This document shows positions 23,517-36,358 of a stretch of 45,745 bases of DNA, piece by piece. The stretch's first letter is position 1. Every line of letters begins with the position of its first letter. A program made the position numbers and the translations under genes. The notes under the pieces were generated by a model. It searched no databases, was not told the origin of the DNA, and saw nothing but the letters and a program-made list of their open reading frames with translations. The stretch is from Diploschistes diacapsis (lineage: Eukaryota), in the NCBI GenBank assembly GCA_023645945.1, contig JALAIB010000026.1, positions 1 through 45,745 of the forward strand. The letters run 5' to 3'.

Positions 23517-26179
23517 CTACGCGTCCAATTCCACGTAGTTTGCTGGGAACAAGCCAACATTTCCACCGTATTCCCCTGACCACCAATCGTCATCTGGGAA
23601 GTCCTAGGTCAGAGGTCAGCAAAGGAGGCTGGTGCACACATTTGAATTAAGCCCTTTTACATACCACGCTGGTGATCTTTGCACCCTCTGGGAAGGTCAA
23701 CTCGTTCTCCTCTCCTGCTTCGTAATCATAGAGAGCAGTAGCCGTGGGAAGGCCCTTCCCCGTGGCAGGTCCTGCGGGAGACGCCGAGTCTGCAACCGGC
23801 TCGTTAGCCGGTTGCTCTCGCTCTTGATGCTCGGTGGCGTCGACGGGAGGAGCAGCAGTGTCGTCTTCCACTAGCTCGACGTAGTTACTTGGGAAGAGCC
23901 CGGTTTCTCCCCGTGAGTTCTGGCCCATCCACCAATCTTCATCGACCATCTCAATATTCGTCACGTGTTCTCCCTCGCGAAGCTCCAGCTCGTTAGCTTC
24001 AGCCTTTTCGTAGTCGTACTGCGCAACCGCACGCTTCCCAGCTTGGGCAGTTCGGGGAGCGGTGGGAACGGTTGATTCTGGGTCAAAGGACGAGCTTGCA
24101 ACGTGTGTCGCCATGGCTCGAGCAGCACCATTGCCATCAGGCTCATCGGCTTCAAGGGGCTCATCATGTTGGGAAACCTGTTCAGTAAGAGATGCAATGG
24201 GCATTAAGGGTGGAGGCGACGTTTGCTCCTCATGAGCATCCTCAACCTCCGGAACATCACGTGGAATAGGCATGGCAATTCTGATTGGGGATTCTTCGTT
24301 CTCGGCTTGCGTTGGAGGCGTTGGGCTTCGCGGCTGAGGTGGTGGAGGCACGGGCATATGAGGTGTGGACTGTTCCTGGGTTTCTAATGACCGCTGCGGC
24401 ACGGCAGGGCCAGGGAACTCGCGGCCTGCACTGGGCTTGGTCGAAGTATCCAGTGGTGGCTGAGCCGTAGAGGATACTTCAGATATCCTCGCCCCTGCGC
24501 CCATGACAGGAGCCTGGTTGAATTTGTTTCTGATGGAGCCTATGCCACCGCTAAGAGGCTGTTCGTCTGTGTCTGCTTGGTCATCTTGCTGTCCAGTTGA
24601 TTGCCGTTCAACAATTGAGGCTGAAGTGCCAGTCTTCGTTATTGAGACCGGAGCCCAAGTCTTGCCTGTGTAGCCACTCTTCCAATCGCCAGTTTTGGTG
24701 GACTGATCAATATTGGGTGACTTTAGGGTTTCGCCACTTGAACCTGGTGCCGACGCACCCGGAATGCCCTGTTTTGCCTTCTTCTCTGCCCATAGCTGTG
24801 CGGGCGTCTTGCCTCCTCGGTCGGCGAAGGTTCTGCTGGCGCCGAGAGGAGCGTGTTTTGGTGAGATTTTGGACTCGAACCCAAGTTCTTCTGGCACGGG
24901 AGCTTTCGTACCTGCGAAAGTGCTTGAGCCTGCCGAGAAACGGTTTGAGATTTTAGGCTTTGGAAGCGATGTTAGCCTATCAGATTGTGAAAAGACTGCT
25001 GTTCTGTGGGCTAGTGACTTAGGCTCCTCGTTATGAGGTCCTGAAATATCTTGAGATTGTCTTGGGGGTGTTGCAGACTCGTAGCTATTGGATGTAGATG
25101 GTTGCTGCGCCCGGGCTCGAATTGCTGCGATATCTACCTTCCCAACGGGTTCATAAGCGCCTTTGATTATAGTTGGTCGGTCATCGGTTACTGAGCCGCT
25201 AGTGTGAGCATCTTTGCGAATCGCGGAAATATCGACCTTCCCTATTGGCTGATAATGTCCTTTGATAACATCTGACCGATCTGGTTGAGCGTCGTTAGGA
25301 ATATTCGCACGGGGAGCTGCGTCTTGTCGGCTAAGCTCAGCTATGTTGACTCTCGTGGGTTTGTAGGCAGGGGCAACTTTCTCAAGCTGGGTTCTTGTGA
25401 TTTGAGGCGCGTCCTCTCCCCATCCATCCTTGTCGATGGCGTCTTGATGGTGTTCACCCAGATGGTTGGAACCACTTAGAGGATTGAAAGTAGCACCTGC
25501 ACCAGAACTACTCGTAGGCATGAATGCAGGCTTCGAAGCCACCGGTGTCGGATTGATTTGGGTCCCTAAGGGGGTACTGGCAGAGTACTTGGATCCCGAA
25601 GCATCAGCAACTTTCTGCACAAGCCCTTCTGGAGACAAGTCACTGTCAGACCTGGCAGTAATTTGAACATGATATCCCTGCAAACGACTCGTGTTTAGCA
25701 AAAGCCACGGATAAGAGGTCGTGGGCTTACGTGAAGCACTTTCGCAGTAGCTGCTTGATAACTCGCGAAATAACCCTTTGTCCTCTCCGGTACACCCTCG
25801 CCACACCAGCCTATGAGTATATGCTTGGGAAGGCTTGTGTTTGGATCTTTTACTTTCACGAAAGCAAATTGGACTCTGCCATCTGAGAATTCGTCGATCA
25901 GGTCTACTAGTTCACCCTCTGTCAAGATTAGCTGATTCCGCAGTAGCAACGTTAATGAGGAGCGCACATACCTCCAGTGGATTGAACTTTCAGCACACTC
26001 TCTTTACCGCCAGCTTCTTGCTGAAAGGCATTAACTAACGGCGTGGTTACCGAGAACACGGCCCATTGACCGTAGGTGGGTGAAGTGCTGGCTGAGCCTG
26101 ACGGAGGAGGTGCATTGACGACGGACTGGTAACTCTTCGAAATGGAGGGGCCATTCGTTGAGAGATTTAGGGAGGTCAT
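23517..26179 (-). CDS. ABP1: Actin-binding protein of Abp1/drebrin-like architecture (ADF-H, Pro-rich linker, two SH3 domains)
   Basis: ADF-H region (FAFVKVKDPNTSLPK, IGWCGEGVP); SH3-1 AQYDYE...DEDWW...GLFPSNYV; SH3-2 ALYDYE...DDWW...GLFPANYV. Introns 25971-25919, 25730-25678, 23664-23604. Confidence 0.9.
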
Positions 26180-27116
26180 CTCTCAACTCCAAGGCTGCAC
26201 CGAGGAACTGTTGCTGCTCGGGTTACTAGACGAGAGGCAGCAATGGCGGTGCTAAGAAGATGGTGAATGAAGCAGGCTGAGGTCTAACCAAGCTCGATAG
26301 CTGCACTCTCCTGGATGATGTTCAACTACTAGCGTAGGTGTCTGTGTTTTGGCGCAGATGCCCACTCAAAGTGAGCGGAGCGGGGTGGTAAGCTAACAGT
26401 CAGACACAGACGGAGACTGTAGAAGCGTAGACTGCCTTGGCACGGGCACAAAAACCTCCACGGCCCAATCACACTCGCATCTTCGTTTCGCCTCATTTTT
26501 CACGTTTCAATCAATCTTTATAAAGTGCGGCCACCTAACCGATATCTCTGATATCTCTACTGCCTTTGCAGCTTGACTTTCAAGCTGTTCTATGAACGCT
26601 CAGATGATCATGCTCACCATTTCTTCAGACCCTAGTATGGCCTTGGCTTTTACACAACTACTGACTGTCATTCTCATGCTTTGAGAGCGCTTTGCTTCAA
26701 AAAGTGGCTGCTTGCTCTTGTTCGCAGCTGCGTTCACGTTTACGCTGTCTTTCTTCCATCGCTTCTTCGTCGCTGACGGCCCGCTCGACTTCCATGGACA
26801 GTGGGATATTGTACCTATCTCGTCAAATCTGGGCCATAATATATTCGACCTTAGCTCTACCTAACTAATGATAAACCGAGGGTTCAACCTCGCGCATGAG
26901 CTCTGCGTAGGATCGATCTCCTAAGGTGCTTTTGCTAAAATTTCTCGCTTTCCCCTCCACAAACTTTTTCCTACTTTGAAGCTGAGCTCCCCAGCTTCAT
27001 CTATGCAACCTTATGTGTTTCCGACCACGGGGGTTTCCACCTCTTGAGTTTTGTTGTTTGGCGAAGCTTACCTTCAGTCTCAGAGGCCACTCGCTCCAAG
27101 TTAGCCCTTGTCGGCC

Positions 27117-30100
27117 ATGGCCCAATGCACAAGCTCCAGAGTACAAGCGAGTCCTTCCCCAATGGTAGAGGCAGACGATCTCATGGACACTGATTCGACC
27201 GCTAGTGAAGGCCCAGTTACGTCCGTCAACGGAGTACGCCAGGGTGCGGATGTTCATGACCTCTCAGGAACGGCCGTGGCACCCATGGACGCAAGCTTAA
27301 TAGACAGGAAGGATACTGGCCAAGGGAAGTGTGATAATACAAGCGTAACGCGTAAGCGGAAGCGGTCTGGCAACCTCAATTCGCTAAGCGTCAGCTCCCG
27401 TGATATAAATACGGTGCCGTTGCCTCAAGAGCTTGGACTGCCGGTAGTATCCGCTTGTGTCGCCGAAATTACTGAGAAACGTCAGAAGACTGAAGCACAA
27501 AGTCTTCGACCGGTGCTGTCAGGTACTACTTCCATACTCAAAACAGAATCTAGCAAGGAGCTCTATGGTCTCAACGCTTCGCTTTGGCAGCGGACTTTCC
27601 GTTTCGTGCCCCCAATGTACCTTGGCCGTTTGTTGCGTGTAAGTCGCAAATTCAACACCTTGCTAACTATGGCCGATGGTTCCGAGCTGCACTCCCGACC
27701 AAGTATTCCCGTTAGTCCGAATCTGGAAACCAGTGATTCAATCTGGGCAGCTTCGCGGAGAAACTTCGCGCCGGGTTTGCTCAAACCTCTCAAGGGACAC
27801 AATGAATTGGATATGTGGAGACTCCTCCGAGGAAATAGATGCCAATTTTGTTCCCAGAGGAAAATGTTAATTACCACTACTAATGGTCCCGAGTTTTGGC
27901 AATGTGGTCCTGGAAGGGAAGGCGTTCGTGTTATTTGGCCCTTCGGGATTCGAAGTTGTGGACCGTGTTTGGTTGATAAGTGCGATCAGGTTGGACAGCT
28001 CAGGGCAAATAAAGTTTTCGCTCTAATTATTGCTAGGAGATCTCGTTGCTGTGTTCCAGCACATTCCCCTCGTTTCTGCTACAGGCTCTTCCATGTATTT
28101 TCCTTACACAATACCAAGATTGCATTTTTTCATCTAGTCTTGCGAATAGGCTTCCACCATCGGATATTCAGATGACGAAGTACTTCTACAAGCCCCATCT
28201 GGAGGAAATCAAGAAACGATTCCAAGCAGTCAAAGATCTCGGCTCTGGATCCGTTGAGGAGTGGATCAAAGGTTTGAAAGGGGAGCAACGGGATCTCGTT
28301 CAGGATGCCTCTCGGTGGGAGCAGTGGGAAACAAAGGGCGGGTTAAAGAAGGTAAACATGAAGCCGCCGTTAAGAACGACCGCCTCGCAAAGAGATTTCG
28401 TTGCTACCAATACTTCCCCTGCTACTGATTACTTGTTTTCAAATCCCGGCTTTCAGGCTAGCACTATGGAATCATCCGGAACCCAGTCTCTCGAAAAACT
28501 AACCGGCCAGACACAACCGCAGGGTTTGATAAGTACAATTACCCCATACCCGTAAATCGCATCACCAGCTGCTGCTAATCATGATCAGGTCTCTCCGCGA
28601 CAGCAATCCTACCATACGGCTCAAGTTTCGGGGCCACTACACCGAGCATACATGATTATAAACCCAAACCCCGGCCGGAACGCAACATACAAGATGTGAA
28701 CGAGGCCAAAGCAGCGCGGCGAGCGGAAATAGAAAGACGGTGTGTGGCCATGGATCCGCCCATTTTCCCCAATGTTTTGATACATATGGAGACATTTCAG
28801 GCTGCTCTCCAGATATCCACTCCTCTCACAGACAGGGCTTGGGAGATTCTTCAACCCCGGTTGCTGGCCCAAAGAAGCGAAGCAGAAGCGCGGGTGGCTG
28901 CTCTGGCAGAGCGTACAAAGACTCTGCAGGCGTTGGCAAATGGACAAGGTGGAACTGAATTTCGTTCGGGAAATGCGTCCGATCCCTCTGATCGCGAATG
29001 GGAGCTGGCGCAAGCCCCTGTTCAAGAACGCTTAGCAATCTGCGCTGACGCAGCGATTTCAGGGATTTTGGCTGCAGGCAACACCGTCACTAAAGAAAAC
29101 GCACCTAAGCTCGCTGTTGATATTTTACTTTCAACTCGATCGAAATTCTGTATGGAGCCACTCGACCCTGTGAATACTGCGGAAGAGTTTGTGAGGAACT
29201 CCTCTTCGATCGCTTGCCAGAAACTTACTCTTGAGAATATGAAGTGGTTATATGACCAAAAAGTCAAACCTCTCATGGAGCATTTTCAGAAAGAACTTTT
29301 CTTATGCAGTGGTTGTGAGGCCAATTCCAAGTTCTATGGGTTCGAGGCCGTAATCCAGCATTATGCGGCAAAGCATACAAACTCCTTAAGCCTAGGAAAT
29401 GTCGTTGTCAATTGGCGCGCGGAATGGCCAAACCAACCCCCCTTTCATCCAAACCCCAGTGTATTGAGAGCTGGAGTACATTCAGTTCCAATTCCGTGGA
29501 CTTCCAACTCTGGGAATGAGGCAAGGATGTCGATACCACACAGTATATCCTCGCACGACAATGTTTTATATAGCGGCTACAACCCCTCTTATCATGCCGC
29601 CACGGCAATAAGCTCTCCTATCTACGACGGAACTCTTAATCCAGCCATTCCACTTACACATTGTCCACCGCTATATCTACCTACAGCAAGCACCCAACCA
29701 CCTAGCGGTAATTGCTCGTATGGGTTTTATCAGGACCATGCGGGACAAGACCCCCAATATCAGCAACGCTTTGGTCATGTAAGTCCACCGGACACAGTCC
29801 ATGCAGGTAGTGTTGCTGGTATCCCTGGACTAGGAATGAGTTTTGTACCAGGTGTTCCCAACGGCACAACAACAGCGCTACCCGACCACCATTCTACGCA
29901 CATGGGTAATACCTACAATGTGCCCTTCGTTGGCACAGATTTGTACCACATGCAGATGAACGAAATGGCGAAACACGCCCGTGACGTTTGGTTTGGAACT
30001 TCGGGTATCAAAGACTTACCGCAAAGCGTCCGCATATATGTCGTTGTCCAGCACGTTGTCAGTAGATTCGAGCAGAAATATACGAACGAGCCAAGTCTGT

Positions 30101-31962
30101 CGATGTTCATTGATGGGCTTAATTTCAACGCTCTAATGAGACCCGTGAGAAGTTTGAATGGCCTATCTTGCAAAACTTGCACCATGAAAACGGATATGGT
30201 ATCCGAAGATCCAGAACAGTCTCATTACACAGCGGTTGACAAAAAGCTCTACACTCTTCCTCATCTGCTTAATCACTTTCGGACTGCCCATGTCGAAAAG
30301 TCTCGGCCGACTGTTGATTTGCAGACCGGAATGGAATCCTCGAGGCTTGATTGGAAGTATGATATGATAGAACTCCCTGACGCTTCGCTGATTGCTGAAT
30401 TGATCAATGCTCCTGGCATTGATGATAAGAAGATTCAGCTTATTGCATGGGTGTTTCCCGGTTTGTTCGCAGATCCATTACCAAGATTGGGTCTAGGATC
30501 TTCAAGTAGGATAACCCCAAGGCACGTAGAATGGCAAGGAAACCCTATCGAGCAAGAGAAAAGACAAGCTTTGAGTCCAGGTTTTAGGGGTCACGCTTCT
30601 GGAACGATCCGGTCAGTCGAAGAATATCGAGCCCAGTCTACAACAGCGGGTGTTTCCTCTGCCCCCAGCCCGCAGCCGCCAGATCCGCCTGGAGAGGATG
30701 AATATGATCCCCATCGACCTGCTTATCTAGGCCGAATTATCGAGTCGCATCACCTTCATCATCCCTCTTCAGGTTCTCGCCCCCATGTCCTTCGGAGTGT
30801 AACCACTCCTGGTTTGTCAGATAGCTCTACGCATCAAATTTTGCCACCTCAAGACTCGACAAAGCGGCAAGGCGAGGGGGCTTATGGCGACCAACTGTTA
30901 CGCCACCACGACAGGTCGGGCAGACGGATCGGCGAACAGCATATCAGCGGTCACTCGCAGGAACATGACTTCCATGATGAAGCAGACCTGGGAATGAACC
31001 CTACTAAATATGCAAGCTCACGCAGAGAAAAACTTACCGAAGCAGATCGATTCCTCAATGACCTGGGTTCGGTTACCAAACTCCATGAACACCAACAAGT
31101 TTCCGAGCATGGGTTAGATAACTCCCATGGACCAGCGTTTCCCCGCACTCATTCTTCAACACGACCAACATCCACCTCGAATAGGGTGTTCAATTGGAAC
31201 GATCCCCATCTCAAGAATGAGCATATGCTTCAGCCCCGATTTAGCGACATTCATACCCGCCCCGAAGTTCCCGAAAGCGACTTCGGTCACGTAAGGATGA
31301 TTTCGGCGAATGAGAAAAACCAGGTCCTAGGCTACAGCAATGCAGAATACACGTACCCTGAAACGAGAAGTTTTATGAACCGGCAATGGGCACTGGTGCC
31401 AGAGACTGATGATCGTAATTATCCAGACCGTGATGATCCTAAAGCTTTCTCCAAACATCGACATACTCCCCCCGGGAGTGACTATAGCACAAGTCAAACA
31501 CACCGCGTGAGCACTCCTGTCCCGCTGGGCGTTCGCCATAGTCTTGTCTATTACGAGGTTCCACGAGGTGGCACGCGAACTGCGTCACATCAAGACAGGT
31601 GTCATCCGCAGCCCACACAAATTGAAGACCGTGACGCGGGGATGATCAAGTATATTTACCCCGCGGAAAATTATTCAGACCGGTCAAATACTGATAGTGT
31701 CCGAAAAGAGCGGATTGAGTTCGTTCCAACTGGAGCTAGGGATGGGAGTGTACCGTCTGCGCGCTATGGAACCGCTTATTCTCTCATGTCCGGTACTTGT
31801 GGCGATCAACCCGTCTTCGATCGCGCTTCGAGGACGGGCCAATTGCACAACGGGGGTGAGCCGATGTACTACGTCGAGCCCGGGCAGATGGCTTTCACTG
31901 AGTCCTTTGCAAGCCGAAACAGTAGGGGACATGAGTACGGGAGAGAGCAAGGTGGTTATTGA
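27117..31962 (+). CDS. Large uncharacterised protein with a degenerate F-box and several Cys/His zinc-binding motifs
   Basis: Three long ORFs joined by introns 27990-28036 and ~28524/28533-28588. F-box-like LNASLWQRTFRFVPPMYLGRLLRVSRKF; CQFC...CGPC; CSGC...QHYAAKH; CKTC...NHFRTAH. Start codon uncertain (27117 or a later ATG). Confidence 0.75.
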
Positions 31963-32544
31963 GAGCATATTGTACGACCATGCGATGTCAACAGACCTAC
32001 CATCTAAATTCGGGCACATACTATAAGGGTGAAGATTGGGGTTACTCAAACAGTGTGAACCTTTTATATTATATATCATTCAAGTATTGGCATTGCGGCC
32101 ATGTTTCGTACTACGGAACTACAGCATGTGATTAAATCTCCGTCACCTTGGGAGAGATTTTGCGTGCATAAGTAGTATACATTAAACCCATTTAAACTAA
32201 CTTAGTTGTATTGACCTGGATCTCACCAAGTCGACGTCCGGACCTCCCGTACCACCTACAGCATCCTAACCATTGCAAATGAAATCCTGGAGGATCTCGC
32301 CAGTGGCATCGCACTTTGAGCTGTGTATTGTATTACGAGGTCCCCATCTATTTCAGGCAACCGCGAAGCAGGTCCTTGGATTGTCTGCGAATGCCAAGTT
32401 AGCGGGATCTTGTTTTGCAGCATACAAAGAGTGGCTTCAGCTGGATGAATAAACCTCACGTAGATGTAGGATAATTCCTGACCGGCCCCGTCTTGATCTC
32501 ATGACCGGAACGACTTAAACATCTTTTTTTTTGAAATCGGCGTC

Positions 32545-35500
32545 ATGCAGCGAGACAATAGCAATATTGACCTTCACAGCGTCATCAGCACTGACATCGA
32601 GAACGATGAAGGCCAGAATACGCCAACCCTGGACGACTTCGCTCACCCATCCCTTTCAACCACTCGATCTAGAGACTCGGCTTTTTACGACTATACTGCA
32701 GATAAGTCGCTCAGTCTAGCAGACTCGAAACTATTCTACCAACGACATCAAATCGAACAGCGGGCATCGGCCGAGTTCAGTTGTCCTTCAGAACGCTTTC
32801 GGAGCTGGCTTCCTGCTAGCAGCACAGGCGAGACTCCACGTGAGAGCACATCCCAGTTACGTGGTGACGAACTTGATCTGCCCAAGGAGCTACCTTCCCG
32901 CAGCATTGATGAGCATATGACAGGAAATGGACTGCCACAAGATGGCTCCACCACGGCAGTCTTCCGAGAAACCTCCGCAGAAGCCCTTTACAACAACCCG
33001 GAAGCTGCCGGTGAGGTTGACTGGGGCAAGTTCTCTTCGGCTAACGTCAAAAGTCGAGATGTACCGGAACCGATTCCCTTGGCTCCGTCCAAGGTCTATA
33101 GAGAAGCGACGGATCACCAGTTCGTTGCTGCCCATGGTACGTCCCTGGGCAGTGGTGAGAGGGTTACGACGGAGCTGAGCCTGATTTATACGAATATTCA
33201 GAAGATACTGGACATCAGACATAAATACATGCGCTTGTCTCTCCAAGAATCGGGAGCAAATCCGAAGGATGAGCCTAGTTGGAGTATTTATCCGCCGCCC
33301 CCAGAACCCGCTTGGAATGGGGACAGCACAAACAACTTTGGATCCCAGTCAGATCCGGGGTCGGGTACTAATGGTCGCGTGCCCGGAGATCTGCACCCTC
33401 AACCTTATGAAAACCCTCAGCCTCGCCCCTCAACTTTTGCGAGAAAGGGGAGGAAACCTGGTCAAGATATTGGAGAAGACTTTGAGTTCTCTGATATCCT
33501 TCCATTACCGGACGAATCCGAGATGACCTTTGAGCTCGACGAGAGCGGTGTCTTTCAAGTCTACGAAAACAATAAGTCCGCAGAAATGGAAGCTCCCATA
33601 TTGGCCATTCCCACGATTAGAGACTTCTACATGGATCTTGACACAATACTACAGATCTCGTCGGAGGGCCCAACCAAGAGCTTTGCATTCCGGAGGCTTC
33701 AATTTCTTGAAGGCAAGTTCAACCTCTACTTCCTACTCAACGAATACCAGGAGATAGCGGATAGCAAACGTGTACCTCACAGAGATTTTTATAATGTGAG
33801 AAAGGTCGATACACACGTACATCATTCATCCTGCATGAACCAGAAGCATTTGCTCCGCTTCATCAAGAGCAAGATGAAAAAGTGTCCCAATGAGGTAGTG
33901 ATGTTCCGAGACGGGAAACACTTGACGCTTACAGAAGTGTTCGAAAGCATCAACCTTACAGCATACGATCTAAGTATCGACACACTCGACATGCATGTAC
34001 GTTTTGCACCAAAATACTTACCAAAGAAGCAACATCTTCTAAACTTTCTCTCCAGGCACACACTGATTCGTTCCACCGATTCGACAAGTTCAACCTAAAG
34101 TATAACCCTATTGGAGAATCGCGCTTGCGTACAATTTTCTTGAAGACCGACAATTTAATCAAGGGTCGTTACTTGGCCGAGTTAACAAAAGAGGTCATAG
34201 CTGATTTGGAGTCGAGTAAGTACCAAATGGTCGAGTGGCGGATATCGATCTATGGCAGGAACCTTGACGAATGGGACAACCTTGCTGCATGGGTGGTGGA
34301 CAACAAGCTCTTCAGTCACAACGTCCGATGGCTAGTGCAAGTGCCACGTCTGTTCGACGTATACAAGTCCTCTGGGCTTATGGACGATTTCGAACAAGTC
34401 ATCCGAAACCTTTTCCAACCTCTCTTCGAAGTTACTAAAGACCCAGCCACCCACCCCAAGCTCTTCGTGTTTCTGCAGCGCGTTGTGGGCTTCGATAGCG
34501 TTGACGATGAAAGCAAACCAGAGAGAAGGTTATTCAAGAAGTTTCCGGTACCTAAGGCGTGGCGTACCGCGCAAAATCCGCCTTACAGTTACTGGATATA
34601 TTTTCTGTTTGCTAATATGACCTCGCTAAACGCATGGCGTAAGCAGCGTGGCTTCAATACCTTTGTCCTGCGACCACATTGTGGCGAAGCAGGCGAAACT
34701 GACCACCTCGCTGCAGCTGTTTTGTGTTGCCACAGTATCAGCCATGGCATCCTGCTCCGCAAGGTCCCCCTCCTACAATATATCTTTTTCTTGGAGCAAA
34801 TAGGGATTGCAATGTCGCCGCTGAGCAACAACGCTTTGTTCCTGTCCTATGAGAGAAATCCGTTCATGCAATACTTTAGGCGGGGCCTGAATGTTTCGCT
34901 ATCAACGGATGACCCATTGCAGATTGCTTTCACCAAGGAACCCCTTATCGAAGAATATTCAGTCGCTGCTCAAATTTACAAACTTAACGCCGTTGATATG
35001 TGCGAACTAGCGAAAAATTCAGTCCTCCAAAGCGGGTTCGAGCATTGCATAAAGCAAAAATGGCTTGGTCCGCATTGCCACCTGCCTGGACTAGCAGGTA
35101 ATGTTGTTGCAAAGAGCAATGTTCCTAATATCCGAGAAGCATATAGGCATGAAACCCTGGTGCAGGAGCTCTCAATGATTGATCGTTATACTGCAGGTAC
35201 AAATTCTGCGCAGCCCGTATCAAGCGCAACATTACCACCACAAAACAATCGAAAAATAGGGTCACAAGGCCCCCCTTCACCGTCGGCATCCATGCGCACG
35301 CAGCCATCGGGCGCCAATTTGGACTCTCTCGGAGATTCTTCCATGCATGTTGTCCCAAATATTGATCCGTGCTCCCGGACGGCGAAGCATCCTGTACTAT
35401 CCTCGAACAAGGATCTGCAAATTCCCGACTCACGTCTGCTATCGGGGAATCATCCCGGAAACAAGCCGAACTATGGTCCGAAGATTGTTGGATCGGAGAC

Positions 35501-35621
35501 CCGAGAGAAGTCGGTAACAAGCACGCTTGGAGGTGCTGAGCCCAGGATCTTTCCAGGTGTTGTTCAAGGGAGAGTACGGCACGCTAGCCTTAGGCAGAGC
35601 GGTAGTCTCGAGGGGGATTGA
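32545..35621 (+). CDS. AMD1: AMP deaminase
   Basis: [60 protein letters not shown]. Intron 33997-34055. Confidence 0.96.
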
Positions 35622-36358
35622 ATCATGGGAGGCTGTTTGTATATCGGTGTTTTGCTTATCAAGCTTTAGCTTACAGCATGATTCGGCCAATCTCATTCCA
35701 CTGTCTATAAAGCGCGGGAATCGCAATTAGACGCAGAGAGGCAGTAAAAGGGGATCAGTGCAGCCCACTATCGGCGGAGAGGTGGTTTTTTGGAAGGTCA
35801 CGGCTGGATTTTTGCAGCGGTAGAAGCAGGCGAATGCTGCTTATGGTAAAATAATTTGATTAATCTTTTTTAGACCATGAGATAACAGGTCACTTGTGAT
35901 TAACAATAATATGAATATTATTGAATTATCTTATTAGGGAGAGTCTAGGTTCGCTTGATATTTTACTCGCGGTAATATTTAGCTGTAACTATTGATTTAA
36001 TTGATATTTTAGATTATATAAGCATGAAAAGGACGTCAAGTCCTAAGAAAATGTTTGATACCGGTAGTGTTTTATCCCCTTATCACCACTCTTTTAAGAG
36101 TCCAATCTTGGATTTTCATTTACCTCAACTGTCCAAATCCTTCGAATCTTCAGCTAGTGCAAGGTTTGACGAGATCTTACAAGCTGGTGTATCATTCCTG
36201 GCAGCTACGCCTGGTTGCGCTTTGCTTTGGCTTCGTTATTTCACCTACAGGGATTATGCGAGAGCATCATCATGAGGTCTTCCCAATACTTGCTTGCGGT
36301 TAGATATGTTTAAAAGGGGTCATCTTACAAGGAAAGCTCATGCATTTGGGTGGGCGAC

